This document shows positions 59,060 to 64,000 of a stretch of DNA of 64,000 bases, piece after piece. The notes below the pieces were generated by a model, which worked only from the letters and a program-made list of their open reading frames with translations, was not told the DNA's origin and did no database searches. Each line of letters opens with the position of its first letter. Within the stretch, counting starts at the first letter, position 1. Both the position numbers and the translations under genes were made by a program. The stretch comes from Lachnospiraceae bacterium. GTDB taxonomy: Bacteria > Bacillota > Clostridia > Lachnospirales > Lachnospiraceae. The stretch lies in the NCBI GenBank assembly GCA_016283275.1, contig JAEEMP010000045.1:3528-67527 (forward strand), given 5' to 3'.

Positions 59060-60331
59060 TTACTTACCGCTTACGGATACATTTTTAAACTTTATCGCAA
59101 GAGGGCCTTCATAGTTTGAAAGCTTCTCCGTTTCTTTTGAAAACATAAGATCGTTTTGACACTTTAAGAGATTACCGTTAACGGATCCGCCGGTCAAACA
59201 TGTCTTATTTCCGTTTTCATCGTATTTATAAGCAAGTCTTATCTCTCCCTTAAAAGAACCGTCAAGCGGATCTACCTGAAAATCGGAGAAATTGACTACA
59301 TGAAGACAGTCTCTCTTCATATCGGCAAAAGAAACCTTTCCTTCTTTTACCCTTACTTTTGCATAGGTTCCTATCTGCGGGATGTTTAAGTAATAAGAAA
59401 GTCTCTGGTCGCCGTGAAGGGTTTTAAGTATGCCGTCCTTTATAAACTCTCTTTCGATCATCTTTATGCCTTCGGCATTGAACGGATTGTCGGGCAAAAA
59501 GTCCGCATTTATAAGATCGCCCTTAACATCCTCACCCTGGACCGGCTTGCCTACTTCGTAATTGGAGTAGCCCGGATATATATATGCGGCATGAGCACGC
59601 GAACCGTAAAGGTCGAAAATATCGGGCACATACATATCCGAAAGAAGAACATCGTAATCTCCTTTTGAAGGCATCTCGGTGGCTGTAGCTCTGTCTTTTG
59701 TCATTGTAAGGGTATCGGCAATAAGTTTTTTAAGTTCCTTAAGCGCCATTGTGTCATAAGAAAAACTTCTGTGTGTTTCAACATCCTGAGGAGTTTTACA
59801 CTGTGCCACAAATTCGCCCTTTACCTGTCGTTTTACAAAAGAAACATCGGTGCCGTTTGAACCGAGCATCTTAACCTTTATCTCTTCCACAAACAACTCA
59901 AGGGAATTGATAAAAGCATCTTTATCGTTATCTTCCTCATATGCTGCCTTTACAAAAGCATCTGCTATATCGGAAAGAGTTTTTCCGTTTAAGTCGCTTT
60001 CTTTTATGACCGGATCGCTCTTTTCGGCCTTGGGAAGTTCATAATACTTATTAAGCGAAAAGCCCGCCGCATATTTTGCGCCTTCGATCTTCTTTTTGAT
60101 CTCTTCGTCGCTCATTGACGACGATACAATGATGTCCGTACGGCCTTTGAGTTTTTTACCGTCTTTTTCTTCTTCCTTATAGACGGCGATATTCGCATCG
60201 GTAACATCCTTTATGCGTCTCATATCAAGTTTTTTCTTTATAAAGAAAAGTTCATTGGAGGTTCGGGATTCCTGTCTTATAAACCACTCGCCGACTCCGC
60301 ATTCCTTAAGTAATCTTACGTATCTTTCCAT
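59060..60331 (-). CDS. TldE/PmbA-like protein
   Basis: Directly follows tldD; similar size; FNAEG...FIKDG, FSDFQVD..DGSF, GGSVNGN; no HExxxH. Confidence 0.75.
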   Translation of the reverse strand: MERYVRLLKECGVGEWFIRQESRTSNELFFIKKKLDMRRIKDVTDANIAVYKEEEKDGKKLKGRTDIIVSSSMSDEEIKKKIEGAKYAAGFSLNKYYELPKAEKSDPVIKESDLNGKTLSDIADAFVKAAYEEDNDKDAFINSLELFVEEIKVKMLGSNGTDVSFVKRQVKGEFVAQCKTPQDVETHRSFSYDTMALKELKKLIADTLTMTKDRATATEMPSKGDYDVLLSDMYVPDIFDLYGSRAHAAYIYPGYSNYEVGKPVQGEDVKGDLINADFLPDNPFNAEGIKMIEREFIKDGILKTLHGDQRLSYYLNIPQIGTYAKVRVKEGKVSFADMKRDCLHVVNFSDFQVDPLDGSFKGEIRLAYKYDENGNKTCLTGGSVNGNLLKCQNDLMFSKETEKLSNYEGPLAIKFKNVSVSGK

Positions 60332-60345
60332 CTTAATACCCTCCG

Positions 60346-61764
60346 TTAGCCCAGTTGTATCTCTGCCTTGATGTAAGGGCCGCCGTCAGAAACCTTAACC
60401 CATTCCTTATAGCCTTTGCCGCAGTACCCGCTTCCGCATACTTCAAGCTTATCGGAGACCATCGAAATGGATTTGAGCAGATCGGGTACATATCCGGTCA
60501 ACACTATCGGTGAATAGAGCTTTCCGGTGAGTTTTCCGTCCTTGATCTCACGGGCTATATTGACCATGCACTGAATACCCCAGTTCTTGGGATCTTCCAT
60601 ACCCGAAGAAGGATTCTCCAAAAGAAGACCGTCCTTAACGGAGGCGATCATGTCTTCAACCTTATCTTTGCCTGCTTCAAAATACGTATTGGTCATTCTT
60701 GTATAAGCCTTGTGCTCATAGTCCTGACGCCTTCCGTTTCCGGTCGGCTCCGTGCCCAAAGCGCCCGCAGACTGAAGATCGCTCATGCCGGCAACCAAAA
60801 TACCCTTGTCGATGATAACGGTGTCTTTTGCCATTGTACCTTCATCGTCAAAGAAAAATGTTGCGGTCTCATCCACAAGATTTCCGTCGTGCATGGTGAT
60901 AAGAGGTGAAGCCACATACTCACCTATAAAATTCTTCGCAAGGGCTCTGTCTTTTACAAACATATCCATCTCAACACCGTGACCGAATGCTTCATGCACG
61001 ATCATACCCGTTACTTCGGGAGTACAGATACATTCATACTTTCCGGGAGGTAACGGCTCTGATTCAAGAAGCTCTATAGCGGTCTTGCATGCCTTTTCAA
61101 CTTCATCGTCCAGATTATTCAGCAACTCCATGCCGCCCAAGACCGAGCAGGGGAGATAACAGTCCTTGACTTCCTCACCCCTAAGCGCCATGGCACGCAC
61201 CATAGCCGTGGTCCACATTATGTTCTGTTCCATATCCCTGTTCTTTGAAAGAAACAGTTTTGAATACTTCTGGTAATTGGCAGATGCCACAAAATTAAGG
61301 ATCCTGTCATCGTAATCCATACCCTTTTCATAGAGTACGGTAAGTCTTTCGATTATGTTATTGTCGCCCATATCGGCAGGGTCGATGAGATAGTCCGTTG
61401 ACTTTGAAAAAGTCATCGGCTTGTCATCCGGTATCTTATATGATGACTTTTCGTTCTTTTCCCCGAGGATTAAAAGTTTTTCTTTTACGATCTTAACTAT
61501 CTCGCCGATCTTTTCTTTTGAAATGTCATTTCCCGAATATTCGGCAAACAGACCGTTATCATAAACTTTAACCACAAAACCTCTTCTTGAAAGAAGATCG
61601 TTCTTTGCATCGATATTGATACCTGATTTAGATATGCTGTACACTTTTCCTTCGGCATCTTCAGCCAGAAGAGAAACATATGCATAACTTTTAAGAAGTT
61701 CTTCGGTAAGCTCCTTAAAAAGCGGTTTGTTGGCCCTTATATATTCACTCTGCGAAACCTTCAT
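60346..61764 (-). CDS. tldD: TldD family metalloprotease
   Basis: VHEAFGHGVE, FFDDEG, TGNGRR, RMTNTY, CGKG, DGGP. Confidence 0.9.
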   Translation of the reverse strand: MKVSQSEYIRANKPLFKELTEELLKSYAYVSLLAEDAEGKVYSISKSGINIDAKNDLLSRRGFVVKVYDNGLFAEYSGNDISKEKIGEIVKIVKEKLLILGEKNEKSSYKIPDDKPMTFSKSTDYLIDPADMGDNNIIERLTVLYEKGMDYDDRILNFVASANYQKYSKLFLSKNRDMEQNIMWTTAMVRAMALRGEEVKDCYLPCSVLGGMELLNNLDDEVEKACKTAIELLESEPLPPGKYECICTPEVTGMIVHEAFGHGVEMDMFVKDRALAKNFIGEYVASPLITMHDGNLVDETATFFFDDEGTMAKDTVIIDKGILVAGMSDLQSAGALGTEPTGNGRRQDYEHKAYTRMTNTYFEAGKDKVEDMIASVKDGLLLENPSSGMEDPKNWGIQCMVNIAREIKDGKLTGKLYSPIVLTGYVPDLLKSISMVSDKLEVCGSGYCGKGYKEWVKVSDGGPYIKAEIQLG

Positions 61765-61780
61765 ATATTTACCTCATAAA

Positions 61781-62482
61781 TTACATGTTTTTCATCATTT
61801 CACGTACCATGCCGGCACAGTGGATCGCTGCTTTTCTCTCGAAGGTCGGATAATCCATCTCTGCGGAATCGTCGGCCTTATCGGAAATGGCTCTTATGAT
61901 AAGACAACCTATATCATTCAGGTAAGCCACATGTGCCATTGCGGCCCCTTCCATCTCCACGCAGAGAGGATCGAAATACTTCTTTATATTGTTTTTGGTG
62001 TCTTTATCCGCAATAAACTGATCACCCGAAGCAATACGCCCCTTAAATACCTTGATATCCGGATTGACCTTTTTGCAAGCTGCTTCCGCGCAGTCCACGA
62101 GTTTTTTGCTTGTGGGAAACTCAAAAACATCCATCTGAGGAACCTGTCCGCGCTCGTAGCCGAAAGCGATAGCTTCCATATCATGATATACGGCATTTGT
62201 GGCAAGCACTATGTCGCCTATATCGATCTTTTCGTTAAGCGATCCGGCTACACCGGTGTTGATGATCTCTGTGATACCAAACTTATCGACCATCATCTGA
62301 ACCGTAACACCTGCGTTGACCTTTCCCACACCGCAGCGTGCAAGCACTATATCGGTACCCTCAAGCTTACCTTCATAAAAGGTCCTTTTTGCATATTCGA
62401 TTTCCTTTTTATCTTCCATGGCTTCGATAAGCTTTTCCACTTCGAGCTCCATGGCTCCGATTATTCCGATCTTACGACTCAT
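61781..62482 (-). CDS. mtnN: 5'-methylthioadenosine/S-adenosylhomocysteine nucleosidase
   Basis: IGIIGAM, CGVGKVNA, INTGVAG, ASGDQF, VEMEGAA, IRAISD. Confidence 0.96.
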   Translation of the reverse strand: MSRKIGIIGAMELEVEKLIEAMEDKKEIEYAKRTFYEGKLEGTDIVLARCGVGKVNAGVTVQMMVDKFGITEIINTGVAGSLNEKIDIGDIVLATNAVYHDMEAIAFGYERGQVPQMDVFEFPTSKKLVDCAEAACKKVNPDIKVFKGRIASGDQFIADKDTKNNIKKYFDPLCVEMEGAAMAHVAYLNDIGCLIIRAISDKADDSAEMDYPTFERKAAIHCAGMVREMMKNM

Positions 62483-62500
62483 TGTTTCTCCTTTAAATGT

Positions 62501-63460
62501 TTATTTATCCACACGGCTTAATTCTTCGCCGTTTAAAAACGCCTTGATATTGTCATAATTCATTTGAACGCATCTCTCTCTTGCCTCAACGGAAGCCCAT
62601 GCAAGATGAGGTGTGATTATGAGTTTTTCCGAATCCTGGATCTTGGAAAGCGGATTATCCTTTGAAATGGGCTCTTTAGAAAGAACATCGAGTCCTGCGC
62701 CTGCGATCCTTCCGTCCACTAAAGCATCGTAAAGTGCCTGCTCGTTTACAACCGGGCCACGGGCCACATTTATAAGATATGCGGTCTTTTTCATTTTCGA
62801 TAAGGCTTCGGCATCGATAAGATCCCTTGTAAGATCCGAAAGCGGACAGTGCAGGGACAGATAATCCGATTCCTTAAGGATCGTATCAAAGTCAACCCTT
62901 TCATATTCCGTAACCGTCGATTTACCGGTAACCGAATAGAAGATTACCCTGCATCCGAACGCTTCGGCGATCTTGGCTACACGACGGCCTATATTTCCCA
63001 TACCGATTATGCCCCATGTCTTACCCGTAAGTTCATAGAACGGAATATCAAAATTGGAAAAACGATCCTGGCTTGCATACTGACCGCTCTTTACGTATCT
63101 GTCGTAGTGCTCGAGCTTTTCCGATAAATACAGGGCCATTGCGAATGTATGCTGAGCCACCATATCGGTACTGTAATTTCTTACATTGCAAACACCTATT
63201 CCGCGTTTCTTACAGTATTCGATATCCACGTTATCAAAGCCTGTAGCAAACTCACAGATAAGCTTAACATTCTTTGCGTCCTTTAATGTAGCCTCATTAA
63301 GCTTGCTCTTGTTTGCCACGATTATATCGGCATCTTTGACTCTGCCGGCGATCTCTTCATATGCCGTATTGTTATAATAAGTGACATCTCCGAGTTCTTC
63401 GAAGATCGAAACCGATACATCAAGCCCGACGCTTGAACGCTCCAAGACAACTATCTTCAT
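62501..63460 (-). CDS. D-2-hydroxyacid dehydrogenase
   Basis: ATGFDNVD, GIIGMGNIG, SLHCPL, INVARG, AGLDV, TPHLAW; start ATG 63460. Confidence 0.93.
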   Translation of the reverse strand: MKIVVLERSSVGLDVSVSIFEELGDVTYYNNTAYEEIAGRVKDADIIVANKSKLNEATLKDAKNVKLICEFATGFDNVDIEYCKKRGIGVCNVRNYSTDMVAQHTFAMALYLSEKLEHYDRYVKSGQYASQDRFSNFDIPFYELTGKTWGIIGMGNIGRRVAKIAEAFGCRVIFYSVTGKSTVTEYERVDFDTILKESDYLSLHCPLSDLTRDLIDAEALSKMKKTAYLINVARGPVVNEQALYDALVDGRIAGAGLDVLSKEPISKDNPLSKIQDSEKLIITPHLAWASVEARERCVQMNYDNIKAFLNGEELSRVDK

Positions 63461-63514
63461 ATTAACCCCCTTATATGTTCCTAAATGTGATCTTTCCACA
63501 AAAGAATCCCTTTA

Positions 63515-63543
63515 AGTATACAACAAAGAGCCCTCCGCAACAA
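63515..63543 (-). promoter_or_regulatory. Putative promoter for the 63460-55372 gene run
   Basis: TTGTTG-N17-TATACT, overlapping the upstream terminator. Confidence 0.4.
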
Positions 63544-63559
63544 GTTGCGAAGGGCTCTT
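63525..63559 (-). terminator. Terminator after the isomerase gene
   Basis: AAGAGCCCT..GCAAC/GTTGC..AGGGCTCTT stem. Confidence 0.7.
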
Positions 63560-63571
63560 AACGCCTTTATT

Positions 63572-64000
63572 TTACTTAAAAGGATTCTCGGTCGGATAAG
63601 GAAGACTTGCCGGCTGATTGTAATTAAGATCTTCGATCGGAACACCGACATACTTAAATACTTCGAACAATGCCTTTCCGTAGTGACCGAATGCAACTGC
63701 ACCGTGGTGAGGGAAGTTCTTCTCGATAAGTACGTGACGATAGAAGCGACCCATTTCCTTGATGGCGAATACACCGATACCACCGAACGATTTTGTAGCT
63801 ACAGGAAGAACTTCACCTTCTGCAAGGTAAGCTCTTAACTTGTTGTCTGCTGTAGACTGAAGACGATAGAATGTGATCTCACCGGGAGCGATATCACCTT
63901 CAAGAGTACCGTTGGTAACTTCGATAGGAAGGTTTCTTGCCATGATCTTCTGATACTTCATCTCATGGAAAGCAAGCTTCTTTGTACATGTGTTACCGCA
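63572..64000 (-). CDS. L-fucose/L-arabinose isomerase family protein, 3' part
   Basis: Frame open to the window edge (CGNT...); GTLEG, ITFYRLQS, FYRHVLI...FPHHGAVAFGH C-terminal motif. Confidence 0.8.
   Translation of the reverse strand, partial: CGNTCTKKLAFHEMKYQKIMARNLPIEVTNGTLEGDIAPGEITFYRLQSTADNKLRAYLAEGEVLPVATKSFGGIGVFAIKEMGRFYRHVLIEKNFPHHGAVAFGHYGKALFEVFKYVGVPIEDLNYNQPASLPYPTENPFK

Noticed and set aside
61727-62521. 264-aa plus-strand ORF
   Set aside because: Antisense shadow of mtnN; no motifs.

Overview
Chromosomal, mostly housekeeping segment from a Firmicute, most likely a Lachnospiraceae member (inferred from gene order and protein style). It has about 60 densely packed CDS, nearly all on the minus strand. 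It carries conserved blocks: mtaB-ireB-ruvX-DUF1292-rnj-ylbF-mltG(short)-trmR-U32; prmA-iscS-thiI; hup-yabO-divIC-tilS-hpt-ftsH; gmk-yaaR-holB-ricT-yabB-acpP-lgt; and pgi-TSCPD-murG. I found no rRNA, tRNA, CRISPR array, transposase or prophage gene. The standout is at 55372-58024. A radical SAM enzyme with a long, possibly RRE/PqqD-like N-terminal extension and a truncated SPASM/twitch-type C-terminus overlaps the gene for an exported membrane protein. That protein's C-terminal tail carries a zinc ribbon, a Ser linker and a (Cys-Ala)n-GGGRAGC motif with 9 Cys in 28 residues. Both genes end a compact putative operon that also encodes TldD/TldE-like proteases, a GT2-TPR glycosyltransferase and MTA/SAH nucleosidase. 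This is a candidate uncharacterised post-translational modification system acting on a membrane-protein tail. Secondary signals: a probable stand-alone sRNA after ftsH, a GC-rich structured RNA before yabO, a hybrid kinase lacking its ATP lid, and absence of sporulation genes from a conserved locus. All calls come from motif recognition by eye; no searches were run. Several starts were moved from the ORF track to the Met/GTG/TTG with a good RBS.
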